DNA from: an uncultured delta proteobacterium
GTDB taxonomy: Bacteria > Desulfobacterota > Desulfobacteria > Desulfobacterales > QNYZ01
Reading direction: 5' to 3'
Length of the DNA stretch: 64,000 bases
NCBI GenBank assembly: GCA_963845145.1
Contig: CAWJQU010000005.1
Location: forward strand, 576,001-640,000
Shown here: positions 8,880 through 19,197 of the stretch, in pieces
Layout of the letters: each line of letters opens with the position of its first letter
Position numbering within the stretch: the first letter of the stretch is position 1
Made by a program: the position numbers and the translations under genes
The notes under the pieces: generated by a model
What the model was told of the DNA's origin: nothing
Databases searched by the model: none
What the model saw: only the letters and a program-made list of their open reading frames with translations

Positions 8880-10698
8880 ATGACCACTTTTTCAGGCAAA
8901 CTTCTCAGGATAGACTTAAATACCTTAAGCTCTCGGGAAGAGGAGATTCCTGATCAATTTCACTGGGATTATATCTCGGCCCGGGGGTTGGCTGCCAAGT
9001 ATCTCTATGACGAAGCTAGCCCCAGGGGTAGCACCTCTGTCTCCGGATAATAAACTGATTTTATCCATCGGCGTTTTGGCGGCAACCGGTCTCCAGGGGT
9101 TTTCAAAGTGGGCGGTGACGACCAAAAGCCCCCTGACCGGTACGATTATTCGTTCATTTACCGGCGGCAACTTCGGCGTATGGATGAAATTCGCCGGTTA
9201 CGACATGATCATCCTTGAGGGTCGGGCTTCTAACGCGACCTATGTGTATATTGATGACAAAAAAACCACTTTTCTGGACGCCGGGTATCTTATGGGGCTG
9301 GACCCCAGATCGGTGCAGGTTAAACTCAAAGACACGCACGGCAAAAAGACTGAAAGCGCCTGCATTGGCTTGGCCGGAGAAAAATTGGTTCGCTATGCGG
9401 TGATCACTTCCGGAGAACGAACCGCATCCCGGGGTGGTGTTGGCACGGTTATGGGTGCCAAGAATTTAAAGGCCATCGCCATTAATGTCCCTGTCTGCCG
9501 ACCAACACCTTACAACCCGGATCAGCTTGAGAGCCTGGTTAAAGGCCAGGTTGAGATGCTTAGAGAACATCCCCGTAAAAAAGCGATGTCAACCATTGGG
9601 ACGCCTTACATCACAACGCCTCTGATGAAGAGCGGCATTCTACCGGTTCAGAATTTCAGGAAAGGCCGGGTCGCGGAAATAGAAAATATTAATGGTGATG
9701 CTTTTTTGAACCTAAAAAAGGCGAAGGCGGGATGTTACGGATGCATGACACGATGTGGCGGTATGCGAAACGTTTCAAGAGGCCCCCTGAAAGGCACCCG
9801 AATCGACGGGCCCGAATATGAAACCATTTTTTCCTTCGGACCGCTTATCGGTATAAATGACAAACAATTTATTATCGATGCCAATGCCGCTTGTGACTAC
9901 TACGGCATCGACACGATTAGTGCAGGGGTCTGCCTGGCCTTTGCCTGCGAACTTTCTGAAAAGGGAATTCTTTCTTCTTCGGAAAGTGGTCTGGATAGCC
10001 TGAGATGGGGAGATAAGGATGCCCTATTTGCCCTACTTAAAAATATTGGCCGTCGGGAGGGACTGGGCAAGATACTGGGGGAAGGCGTCAAACGTGCCGC
10101 TGACCATTTCGGTAAAGAGGCTCGCGCCTATGCAATCCATATTAAAGGCCTTGAGCTTCCCGGGTATGAACCCCGCGCAGTAAAAGGATACGCGCTGAGT
10201 ATGGCCACCTCTAATATTGGCGGCAGCCACATGTACGGTCGACCGAGATCGGAACTATCCGGGCTGATCGATCCGTTCACCGAATCGGGAAAAGGGGCAG
10301 CCATTGCCCACGTCCAAAAAGAACAAGCTTTAGAAGACGCCCTGGTCGCCTGCACTTTTGGGAATTCCGGTTTGAAAATAGATGATTATGCTCATTTTCT
10401 TACGGCCGCCACAGGCGTAGATGTTTTTTCCCAGCCGGACGACCTGTTAAAAATTGGGGAGAGGATAGTTTGCATAGAGCGATGTTTCAATGTCCGAGAG
10501 GGCTTTGGACGAAAAGACGACACTCTCCCAAAGCGGATGCAGTCTGAACAACTGAAAGATGCCGGTCCGGCCACGAATCAAGTCGTCACGGATTTGGGTA
10601 GCCTTCTGGATGAGTACTATAATGCGTTAGGATACACAAAAGAAGGCATACCCACCCATGAGAAATTAAAAGATTTGAGGATCAAAACGCCCCTATAG
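8880..10698 (+). CDS. Aldehyde:ferredoxin oxidoreductase family (W/Mo-pterin), with one frameshift near 9013
   Basis: ATG 8880 gives MTTFSGKLLRIDL...GLAAKYLYDE, continuing in the 9007 frame as LAPGVAPLSPDNKL. Motifs KSPLTG, RGGVGTVMGAKNLKAI, CYGCMTRC, GPEYET, GIDTIS, KGLELPGYEPR. Confidence 0.9.
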
Positions 10699-10775
10699 CT
10701 CTATTCGACGCAATGATTGAACATGGGTATCAATCACGAAGTAGACGTCAACAACCAAAAAAAAGGAGAAGGAAT

Positions 10776-12455
10776 ATGAAAGTTTATGATGTCGTTCCTG
10801 GGTTGGAGTTTGATCCTGAAAGAGATTTTGAACAATCACCTGCCTGGTTTCTTGATGCGACCCATTCCGTGCCGCCTTGGACGCCCATGTTTGGCTGGTT
10901 CTGGATCAATTTCTGCCGTCATGGCATGCAGTACGGCGCCGAAAAACTGAGCTTGCCAACGGTGAAGGGGTGGGACTGGCGGTTCCACAATGGTGGCGGT
11001 TACCTAACCCTTTTGCTGGTTAAAAGTGAAGAAGAAAAGCAACGACGGGAAACCCGTTTCAGAAAGGCCATCCTGCCGTTTATCGAAGATTATGATGGAT
11101 TGTGGGGGGGTTATATCAATGAAATTATGGGTCGCTACGAAAAACTAAAACAGTTGGACCTGGATGAAGCGACAAACATCGAATTGCTGGATAACTTTGA
11201 GGAAACCATCAACACCTGCCGCCGCATGTGGGAGATTCACATGTACATGATGTACGGCACATACACTGCCTACATCCTTTTTGAAAATATGTGCCGGGAA
11301 CTGGCCGGTATCGACGACACGTCTCCCCTTTTTCATAACTTGGTCTCCGGTTTTGACAATAAGGTGTTCCAGGTAGACCGCCGTCTATGGGAGTTTTCAA
11401 AACGGGCCCAGGAAGAAAACCTATCGGATGATTTTATTAACAGCGATCCCGATGAAATCGGCGCTCGACTGGACACTTCTGAAAAAGGTCGAGCGTTTAT
11501 GAAAGATTTCATGGCATTCATGAACGAAGATGGTTGGCGCATGCAACGGATGAGCGAGATTAACTTGCCTACCTGGGTGGAAGATCCCACACCAGCCCTG
11601 GTCAACGTCAAACAATTTTTGCAAAAGGGCGGGGATTTTAATCTCGATGCAGAGCGTCTGAAAATAACAGAACAACGTGAAACCGCTGAAAAAGAGGTAC
11701 TCGCCAAAATCCCCCAGGAGCAACGCGGTTGGTTCGAGCAATTGATGAAGATGGCCCAAAAAAGCGGTGTCTTCAGCGAAGAGCACGATCACTACCTGGA
11801 TTTGTATACCCATGCCATGATGCGTCGATCTGCACTGGGTTTAGGCCGGCGCTTTGCAAAAAAAGGTGCTTTCGACGATCCGGAAGACATGTTTTTTCTA
11901 ATCCCAGACGAAGTTCGTCGCGCCGGTCTTGCGCCGGATCAATTCGATTTACGCTACATTGTCGATCGACGAAAGGCCCAATGGGAAGAATGGAAAAAAA
12001 CGCCCAACCCCCCCGCCTTCTTGAAAGAAGGCTTTGATCTGGATCAGGCGATGGGTGTGTTGGTTCAGTCTAATGACCCCATTGCGCTTAAGGTGGTTGT
12101 GGGCGCCATGCCCCAGGTGCGCCCTGAACTTAAAGCCGATCTTTACGGTACCTGCGGGTCGCCCGGCGTGGCCGAAGGCATTGCCCGGGTCATCCTGACC
12201 GAAGATGAGCTGCACCTTGTACAGGAAAACGATATACTGGTGGCCGCCAGCACCTCACCCAGCTGGACCCCCATTTTTTCCATGATCAAAGGCGTCGTGG
12301 TGGATCGGGGCGCCAGCCTTTCCCACGCCGCCATTGTAGGCCGGGAATATGGCATCCCCGTTGTCATGAATGTTTTTGAAGGAACCGCTAAAATCAAATC
12401 GGGCCAACGGATCAAGGTAGATGCCAACATGGGGACGGTCTACATTCTAGACTGA
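10776..12455 (+). CDS. PEP-utilising enzyme, substrate-binding plus phosphohistidine domain (phenylphosphate synthase alpha/PpsA-like)
   Basis: WFLDATH near the N-terminus; C-terminal GSPGVAEG..TSPSWTP..GASLSHAAIVGREYGIP swivel domain with the catalytic His; no ATP-grasp domain. Confidence 0.85.
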   Translation: MKVYDVVPGLEFDPERDFEQSPAWFLDATHSVPPWTPMFGWFWINFCRHGMQYGAEKLSLPTVKGWDWRFHNGGGYLTLLLVKSEEEKQRRETRFRKAILPFIEDYDGLWGGYINEIMGRYEKLKQLDLDEATNIELLDNFEETINTCRRMWEIHMYMMYGTYTAYILFENMCRELAGIDDTSPLFHNLVSGFDNKVFQVDRRLWEFSKRAQEENLSDDFINSDPDEIGARLDTSEKGRAFMKDFMAFMNEDGWRMQRMSEINLPTWVEDPTPALVNVKQFLQKGGDFNLDAERLKITEQRETAEKEVLAKIPQEQRGWFEQLMKMAQKSGVFSEEHDHYLDLYTHAMMRRSALGLGRRFAKKGAFDDPEDMFFLIPDEVRRAGLAPDQFDLRYIVDRRKAQWEEWKKTPNPPAFLKEGFDLDQAMGVLVQSNDPIALKVVVGAMPQVRPELKADLYGTCGSPGVAEGIARVILTEDELHLVQENDILVAASTSPSWTPIFSMIKGVVVDRGASLSHAAIVGREYGIPVVMNVFEGTAKIKSGQRIKVDANMGTVYILD

Positions 12456-12479
12456 TTGAGATCATTTAGAAGCAAAAAA

Positions 12480-12502
12480 GGCCTGCAGATAAACTGCAGG
12501 CC
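12480..12502. terminator. Perfect 9-bp hairpin GGCCTGCAG-ATAAA-CTGCAGGCC between the two dikinase subunit genes
   Basis: Inverted repeat preceded by an A-run, which gives a U-tail only on the minus strand. Confidence 0.5.
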
Positions 12503-12642
12503 CTTGGCCCTGTTTATCTGTAAAAGTATCCGGAATACAGCCTTTCGGTAAACTGGCGAGCCTATCTCCAACAGTGCCGATCAACAGACCCAATGCATCT
12601 GAGTTAAGATATGAATACTGCTTTAAAAAGGATAAAACAGTC

Positions 12643-13671
12643 ATGACACAAAAATGGATTTACTGGTTCGAGGATTTACGTAGCGAACATAATGATCTTG
12701 TTGGAAAAAAATGTGCGAATCTCGGCGAAATGCTTCACCTTGGCCTGCGTGTACCCCCGGGATTTGCCATATCGGTGAATGGATATGAGCAATTCATGCA
12801 ACGTACCGGCGCTGATGAAGAGATACGGGACTATGTTCGACAAAACGTAGCGGTATTGAAAAATAATGTTGAAAAGCAGATTGAGGCCAGCCGGTTTATC
12901 CGTAAGGTGATCGAGTCCAAGCAAATGCCGGAAGATATGAAGAAGGAGCTATGGGAGCACTACGAACAGCTATGTCGCAAAGTGGGGATTGACGATCTGT
13001 CGGTTGCCACTCGCTCCAGTGGCGCTATCAGTATGCCGGGGCAGATGGAAACATTTTTAAATGTGTGCGGGAAAAAAGAGCTGGTTGAAAAGATCATTAA
13101 AGTCTGGGGAAGTGCCTTTACCACCCGTGCCATTGCTTTTCGCCTTGAAAAAGAGATGCCCATGGAAAAAGCCCCCATCGGGGTGGCGGTATTAAAAATG
13201 ATCAACGCCAAATGCGCCGGTGTGACACTCACGGTGCTTCCAACGACCGGAGATTTAACCAAAGTAGTCGTAGAGGGAAACTGGGGGCTTGGGGAAAGTG
13301 TCGTCAGCGGGGAAATTACACCCGACTGTTTTATCGTAGACAAAGAGAGCGGCGAAACAGAAACAACGATATGCAAAAAAGTTAATATGGTTGTCTATAA
13401 AAAATCCGGCACCGGTACGGTCAGCATACCAGCGGATATGCAGGAAAAATCATGTTTGGACAAAAAAGAAATAAACGAGATTGTTCGCATCGCAAAAAAG
13501 ACGGAGGCCTATTTTAACATGCCCCAAGACATGGAGTGGGTCATTGACGCCGATATATCTTTCCCGGAGAATCTGTTCTGGGTGCAGACAAGACCTGCCA
13601 AATACAGCCAAAAAAATGAAAGCGACGATGAATATCTGGCCGAGCTTATGACGCGAATTTTTAAAATGTAG
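12643..13671 (+). CDS. PEP/pyruvate-binding ATP-grasp subunit (phenylphosphate synthase beta/PpsB-like)
   Basis: VGKKCANLGEM, VPPGFA, VATRSSG..SMPGQMETFLN, GNWGLGESVVSGEITPD, QDMEW, VQTRP. Confidence 0.88.
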   Translation: MTQKWIYWFEDLRSEHNDLVGKKCANLGEMLHLGLRVPPGFAISVNGYEQFMQRTGADEEIRDYVRQNVAVLKNNVEKQIEASRFIRKVIESKQMPEDMKKELWEHYEQLCRKVGIDDLSVATRSSGAISMPGQMETFLNVCGKKELVEKIIKVWGSAFTTRAIAFRLEKEMPMEKAPIGVAVLKMINAKCAGVTLTVLPTTGDLTKVVVEGNWGLGESVVSGEITPDCFIVDKESGETETTICKKVNMVVYKKSGTGTVSIPADMQEKSCLDKKEINEIVRIAKKTEAYFNMPQDMEWVIDADISFPENLFWVQTRPAKYSQKNESDDEYLAELMTRIFKM

Positions 13672-13715
13672 TGGTTACACGGCTATTATAAAGCACATTG
13701 ATTGGGAGGAAACAC

Positions 13716-14375
13716 ATGACGATTCTTTTTAGCCAATCCTGGGATGTCATTACCGATAAATTTGATGGCTATTCGACCTTCGTTTCAAACGAATACAATC
13801 CTGGCTTGGAAGCGATTGGCATTAAACTGCTGGGTGGTTACTATGTGGCCGTCGGTTCAGGACCACGAATTATTGCTGTCGCCACAGTTGATAAGGAAGA
13901 AAGCCTGCTTAAAGCCCTCGCAAGCCGTGAGCACAGGAGTATATCGAACAAGCTGATGAAACTGGTGAATAACTACCGCAACCGGGTTTGGTTGCCCAGT
14001 GGTCGAATCCAAGATGAAACTTACCGTATTCAAACCGGTGCCTGGAAGTTTGTTCAGTACTACAACCTCGTCCCCGGAAAGGAGGAAGAGCACCATCGGT
14101 TTGTTAGGGATGAATGCCTGCCGGGGATGACAACCTTAGGCATTCCCGTAACCGGCGGATGGCGCCTGGCCATTGGATCGGGGCCCAGGTTTATGGCCGA
14201 ATGTACCGGGCGCAGTATTGAAACGATTGCCGGAGCCATTAACACCTCTGAATTCAGACGGCTTGTTCGAACCTTGAAAAAAAAATACGCCGTGGATTAC
14301 TCCAGCAGAATACTGGCCCCCACCGGTCGAATTGAAATCCCGTTTCTTATGCGGGAAATGATGAAAGGGTTTTAG
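13716..14375 (+). CDS. Hypothetical two-repeat protein, paralogue 3
   Basis: GGYYVAVGSGP...YRNRVWLPSG and GGWRLAIGSGP...YSSRILAPTG; RBS GGGAGG. Confidence 0.7.
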   Translation: MTILFSQSWDVITDKFDGYSTFVSNEYNPGLEAIGIKLLGGYYVAVGSGPRIIAVATVDKEESLLKALASREHRSISNKLMKLVNNYRNRVWLPSGRIQDETYRIQTGAWKFVQYYNLVPGKEEEHHRFVRDECLPGMTTLGIPVTGGWRLAIGSGPRFMAECTGRSIETIAGAINTSEFRRLVRTLKKKYAVDYSSRILAPTGRIEIPFLMREMMKGF

Positions 14376-14549
14376 CCTAAATTACGAACGAAACATCGAG
14401 GCTAATTCTGATAAGGCCCCTCTCTGGCGGGATCGATGCAGCCAGGCTTACAGACCGCGCCAAATGCGAGACCATCCTCTTATATAAAAAGAGGTCTATG
14501 CGACATAACGATAAAACAGACGCCATGGATATAAACTGCTCCGCGCCTT

Positions 14550-15767
14550 TTATTTGGCTTTCCAGGCCCTTGCTTGGGCACAACGATCATTAAATTCTTT
14601 TGAATCCGGGTCTACGCTTCCAAAACGATCCGGCCTGAAAGGCGCCAGGTCAATAGGGCTTTCGCCATCCAGAACCAATCCGGCCATGGCCGCACCGATG
14701 CCCCCTGAAGCGGTCACTCCCAAACCACAACAGCCTGTTGCAACATAGAGGCCTGGTTGGCCCTCAATTTTCCCGAGAATAAAATGACCATCCGGCGAAT
14801 AGGTGGAAAGACCCGCCATGTACCCCGAAAAACGGACATCATTGAAGGAAGGGAAAAAATCCGAGATACGCTCTTCGGCCTCGGCCAGCACGTCCCATTC
14901 CCGGCCGTCTTCAGTTACGGGAAAATCACTTATATCATCTGGTAAAATACGATAATCGAACGTGGGCGAGTAAGCCTCCTGCACGCCCAAAAGCATTCCT
15001 CCGGCTTCAGGCCTCGTATATATGCCGGCATCGGCATTTACCGTCATGGGTTGATTGGGTGAAAACATGGGATCCGGCGCTGTCATCCAGAAATGACTGC
15101 GCGTCGGAGTCATGGGCAAAGAAATATCCCGAGGCATCGTCAGGTTGTTGGACCAGGCACCGGCGGCAACAACCACTTTTTCACACTGAAACACGCCTTG
15201 CGATGTTTCCAGGTCCACAAGGCCATCTTTGCCAAAGTAAATGGATTTGACGGCCACGCCGGTTTCAATTCGGACCCCGGATTGTTTTGCGGCCCGGGCA
15301 TAGGCCGAGGCCAGGCGATATGGATCGATAAATCCATCATCGGGGAAAAAGACTGAAAGCATATCAGCCTTCGCCCTAAGCCAGGGCAAAAACTTCGTGC
15401 GCTGGTTTTCATCAACAATCTCTGCGGCATAACCATACTGCCGGGCTCGGGCGACCATTCTTTCCAAGGCGATCCGGCTCTCATCCGTTTCAGCGAAGCG
15501 CATGGTGCCGATGCGATGAAAATCAAGGCTATCCCCCAACTGCTCTTCCAGTTTCTCTATGATACTGAACGTTACACCACTCAGTTGATCAATTGCCGGC
15601 TTGGAAGAAACCTGAAACAACAATCCTGCGGCCTGAGAAGATGCCGCTGATGCAAGGCCCATGCGCTCCAGTAGCGTAACGTCACCGGCGCCACGCATGG
15701 CGAGATGATACGCCACACTGGCACCCAGCAGGCCACCACCGATTACACCAATGGCTGCGTTACGCAT
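14550..15767 (-). CDS. FAD-dependent oxidoreductase, DAO/sarcosine oxidase-dimethylglycine dehydrogenase-like
   Basis: VIGGGLLGASVAYHLA, DGFIDP, VVAAGAWS, YSPDGHFILG, FRPDRF. Confidence 0.85.
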   Translation of the reverse strand: MRNAAIGVIGGGLLGASVAYHLAMRGAGDVTLLERMGLASAASSQAAGLLFQVSSKPAIDQLSGVTFSIIEKLEEQLGDSLDFHRIGTMRFAETDESRIALERMVARARQYGYAAEIVDENQRTKFLPWLRAKADMLSVFFPDDGFIDPYRLASAYARAAKQSGVRIETGVAVKSIYFGKDGLVDLETSQGVFQCEKVVVAAGAWSNNLTMPRDISLPMTPTRSHFWMTAPDPMFSPNQPMTVNADAGIYTRPEAGGMLLGVQEAYSPTFDYRILPDDISDFPVTEDGREWDVLAEAEERISDFFPSFNDVRFSGYMAGLSTYSPDGHFILGKIEGQPGLYVATGCCGLGVTASGGIGAAMAGLVLDGESPIDLAPFRPDRFGSVDPDSKEFNDRCAQARAWKAK

Positions 15768-15813
15768 TCGCCTTCTCCCATCACGCTTTTCTTATTTTTT
15801 AATAAAAATATAT

Positions 15814-16920
15814 TCAACCGATATCGCGCGTTGACTCATATGCGGATTTTAACGCCTCAGCCAAATCGGCCGCACCCTTGGTGGCCCTTTTCTCCATCCA
15901 TTTCTGCATATTCAAAAATTGCCCGATAACTTTAATAACTGGCGTCAGTTTTTTTAGATAAATTCCATCAGCGGTTTTACTTAGCGCAGCCGCCTCGACA
16001 ACCGATTCAGCCGCCAGAAGCCCGCTTTTCAATGCCGATCCGATCCCTTCGAATGTGATCGGAAAAACCAACCCGGCGGCATCCCCAACAAGGAGGACAT
16101 TCCCCTTTGCCGGTAAAAACGTTTCTGCAATCAGTTCATTGTGAAGTATTGGCATCAGACACCCATCCCGCCACTGGAGTGAACTATTTGAGTCAACACC
16201 GTGCTTTTCCAGAATTTCGCGGATCTCTTTTTTAAGTAGTCTTATCCCGCTTCCCTCGATAATAAAAAAGGCGTCGCGATGAAATAGATCAAATCGCGGC
16301 CGATAGCGTGACAAAGGAAAAAACCAATGTATGTACTCTTTTTCAATCTCCACCGACCCCTTATAGCATTGGCGCATGGGGGCGGAATACCTTACCTTTA
16401 AGTCAGGGAATAACGACTTTCTGGTGACCGAGGCCCCACCATCAGCGGCAATGACAAACATCGCTTTGAATTCATGTACTTCTTCTCTCTTTTTAACGAT
16501 CACCGTACAATTATCACCGGAATTATTGACACGGATTAACTTGGCCCTTTCTAAAAGTTCAACGCCGCTTGCTACCGCTTGTTGCACCAGCCATAAATCA
16601 AGGTCTCTTCGCCAGGCAACAGGTGTTTTCCACTCAATCACCCTTGTAGTGGTTTTGGGGACATGGATCATGTGTCCCGCCAGATAATATGGATCAGCGA
16701 GGATTTCTTGCGGGATATCGCCAAATTCCTTCCGAATAATCATATTGGCCCATGGGCCCATGATCATACCGGAACACACCTTGTCGCGGGGCAGTCTTTT
16801 TTTCTCCACCAGAAGTGTTTGGAATCCATGATCGGCACATTTTTTGGCGGCCACCGATCCGCCCGGCCCGCCACCGACCACAATCACGTCAAACCTTTTA
16901 TCGATAATATGAGGCATCAT
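15814..16920 (-). CDS. Geranylgeranyl-reductase-family flavoprotein
   Basis: DVIVVGGGPGGSVAA, PRDKVCSG, IAADGGAS, LVGDAAGLVFPITFEGI. Confidence 0.85.
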   Translation of the reverse strand: MMPHIIDKRFDVIVVGGGPGGSVAAKKCADHGFQTLLVEKKRLPRDKVCSGMIMGPWANMIIRKEFGDIPQEILADPYYLAGHMIHVPKTTTRVIEWKTPVAWRRDLDLWLVQQAVASGVELLERAKLIRVNNSGDNCTVIVKKREEVHEFKAMFVIAADGGASVTRKSLFPDLKVRYSAPMRQCYKGSVEIEKEYIHWFFPLSRYRPRFDLFHRDAFFIIEGSGIRLLKKEIREILEKHGVDSNSSLQWRDGCLMPILHNELIAETFLPAKGNVLLVGDAAGLVFPITFEGIGSALKSGLLAAESVVEAAALSKTADGIYLKKLTPVIKVIGQFLNMQKWMEKRATKGAADLAEALKSAYESTRDIG

Positions 16921-16931
16921 TCGATATTTGT

Positions 16932-17825
16932 TTACTCATTTGGCTCGTTTTTCACCAGGATATCAATAATACGGGGAATGAAGTCATCCGCCTTACTATC
17001 ATGAAAGGTGCAAGACCCGGCGCCCGGATGTCCGCCACCCTCGAATTGGCCGAGCATATGCCCCACATTGACGTGACAATTCCGATTGAAAATGCTGTGA
17101 CCAACGCTAACGATCAAGTGTTGATCGTACTGATCGTCATAACGAATCCGCACACTGACCACCGCTTTTGGGAAGAGCGCATAAACCAGGAACCGGTTGC
17201 CGTCCGGGGCTGGTTGAATGGCGCGAAAATCGGTGATCGATACGTGGCCATTGAGTTGGGTATGGGACAGCAACAATTGTCGATATTGGCGGTTATCTTC
17301 GATGACACGAAGGCAGCGGCGTTTGACTTCCGTGTCGGCCATGATGTTTTCGATATCGCGCTTGCCCAATAGATCCACCAACCGGTTCCAATAGGGTTCA
17401 TCTTCAAGGTTGCGCCCGTTAATCGTCATGGACAAGAGGATATACGGATGCTCTTCCGGCTGGTTGACTTCGGCCAGGGTCAGATTGGCGGAATCGATTT
17501 TATCGGTCATTTCAACTAGTTCGGAATAATCCCGTGAAAATTGTTTTTCATAATAATGAAATATGATGCCGGCGGCCGAAGGGGCGATACGAAATTCGCC
17601 TTTAAAGGCATGCTGGGGCCGATTGGAATAGTGATGATCAAACCACATGGCACAGTTTTCCCGATAGGGAAGATTGGCGATAATATCATTTTTTTCAATT
17701 ACCACCCGATCCTTTTGCATGTTGCCGGGTTGAACCCAGAAAATGGGTGCAGTAATCGTTTCGGCTTCTTTGAGCAATACGGCACAGACAATGCCGTCGA
17801 AGTCCGGTCGCGTGACAATTCGCAT
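16932..17825 (-). CDS. DHH-family phosphoesterase (exopolyphosphatase/NrnA-like)
   Basis: TRPDFDG, WFDHH, APSAA and GGGHPGAG motifs. Confidence 0.85.
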   Translation of the reverse strand: MRIVTRPDFDGIVCAVLLKEAETITAPIFWVQPGNMQKDRVVIEKNDIIANLPYRENCAMWFDHHYSNRPQHAFKGEFRIAPSAAGIIFHYYEKQFSRDYSELVEMTDKIDSANLTLAEVNQPEEHPYILLSMTINGRNLEDEPYWNRLVDLLGKRDIENIMADTEVKRRCLRVIEDNRQYRQLLLSHTQLNGHVSITDFRAIQPAPDGNRFLVYALFPKAVVSVRIRYDDQYDQHLIVSVGHSIFNRNCHVNVGHMLGQFEGGGHPGAGSCTFHDSKADDFIPRIIDILVKNEPNE

Positions 17826-17920
17826 CTTTTTATCCCTTTCCACAGTGATTTATCAGCCATCTAGACGCTGAGCGCATCACTTCTCAATAGCCAATACCAA
17901 AATTATTCGGAAATATATCA

Positions 17921-18448
17921 TCAGTTGTCATCTGTAACGATTCGATTGGTTTCGTGCGCCCGGCTTAATCGCAGATAACTGTCCACAGCTCCCCGCAGAA
18001 TCTCCTGAATATCGCCCGACAGCTCACGTTTAACAATGGCCGGAGAACCGGCCACCAATTGGTTGGGCCCCACGGTCTGGCCCTCTCGCACCACGGAACC
18101 GGCTGCCACCACTGAACCGCTCTTGATCCGGGAATCATTTAATACGATGGCCCCCATCCCAATCAAACAACCGTTTTCCACGGTGCACCCGTGCACAATC
18201 GCGTTATGACCGATAGTGACATCTTCGCCAATTATCGCCGGTTTATCGGTATCGGTATGAACCGTGCAATTATCCTGAATGTTGGTGTTTCGCCCTACCC
18301 GCACCGGCGCCTCGTCGCCACGCAGGACAGCATTGAACCAAACACTGGCCCCCTCTTCAATAACCACATCCCCAACAATCACGGCCGTGGGCGCAATATA
18401 TACGTTCCGGCCGATCTGCGGTACGTTCCCCCGATGCTCGATTATCAT
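17921..18448 (-). CDS. Gamma carbonic anhydrase family protein (YrdA/PaaY-like)
   Basis: Hexapeptide repeats, NIQDNCTVH, IGHNAIVHGC; ATGA overlap with the upstream gene. Confidence 0.9.
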   Translation of the reverse strand: MIIEHRGNVPQIGRNVYIAPTAVIVGDVVIEEGASVWFNAVLRGDEAPVRVGRNTNIQDNCTVHTDTDKPAIIGEDVTIGHNAIVHGCTVENGCLIGMGAIVLNDSRIKSGSVVAAGSVVREGQTVGPNQLVAGSPAIVKRELSGDIQEILRGAVDSYLRLSRAHETNRIVTDDN

Positions 18449-19197
18449 TTGGTTTCCTTTAATTTGAAGCGCCAGGAACAAAACCAATCCGCCGGATGCG
18501 TATCCGGCGGGCATCCCACGCACTCGGTCACAATGCGGTCATCAATGGTACGAGCAAAATAGGTGTACTCCACCAACCCACCGGATTTACATGGATAGTC
18601 ATCTAAACCTTTGCGTTTTCGGGCCATCTGCACCCGGCAGGCATTCATTTGAAACACAAATTGATCGCTCTCTTCGTCCACAAAGGATTGTTCGTTGATA
18701 CGGGCGTAGATCCGATAATTTAGGGCCTGTTTCAGGCCTTCCAACCCGGGCTTTTCCGGCAAACCCAAAAATTGTTTGATGGACCACGCTTCATGGGGTG
18801 AAAAATGACCCCAGCAGGTGTCGTTACATCGTTTGGCATCGTTCATACCATGGTTGAATTCCATTGCCTGAAACCATACCCCATCGTTGGCCAGCCAGTT
18901 GACAGCAACGGTATCCATCAATTCCAAAAGCTTTTCCGGAGACATATCCCACAATGCGGCCGGTAACCCGTCGCGCACCTCGAATCCGAACAATTTACCG
19001 AGGCGGTTCATTTGAATCCCCGCGGATCTTCGTGACGCCGACGCGAACACCGCCATCGCTTTTTCCGGTCCCAATTGATGCCGAACCTCGTTGAACCAGA
19101 ACGCATGGTGGACCAGGAGTCGATGACACATATCCGCTACCAATTCCGCCATACTTTCCCGGTCGAGCGCGTCGATTGTCATGGGTTTTGTTGTCAT
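18445..19197 (-). CDS. DUF6125-family protein
   Basis: NWLANDGVWFQ, CRVQMARKRKGLDDYPCK, CVGCPPD..WFCSWRF; ATG 19197 follows RBS AAAGGAG. Confidence 0.75.
   Translation of the reverse strand: MTTKPMTIDALDRESMAELVADMCHRLLVHHAFWFNEVRHQLGPEKAMAVFASASRRSAGIQMNRLGKLFGFEVRDGLPAALWDMSPEKLLELMDTVAVNWLANDGVWFQAMEFNHGMNDAKRCNDTCWGHFSPHEAWSIKQFLGLPEKPGLEGLKQALNYRIYARINEQSFVDEESDQFVFQMNACRVQMARKRKGLDDYPCKSGGLVEYTYFARTIDDRIVTECVGCPPDTHPADWFCSWRFKLKETK

Noticed and set aside
9000..9025. Programmed frameshift or recoding in AOR, putA, zwf and others
   Set aside because: No slippery heptamer or consistent signal; the indels are numerous and scattered, as expected for sequencing error.
10776..13671. Calling the pair PEP synthase (gluconeogenic ppsA) or bona fide phenol phenylphosphate synthase
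   Set aside because: There is no pyruvate-binding TIM-barrel domain and no ppsC or ppc/UbiD genes, so the substrate cannot be assigned.
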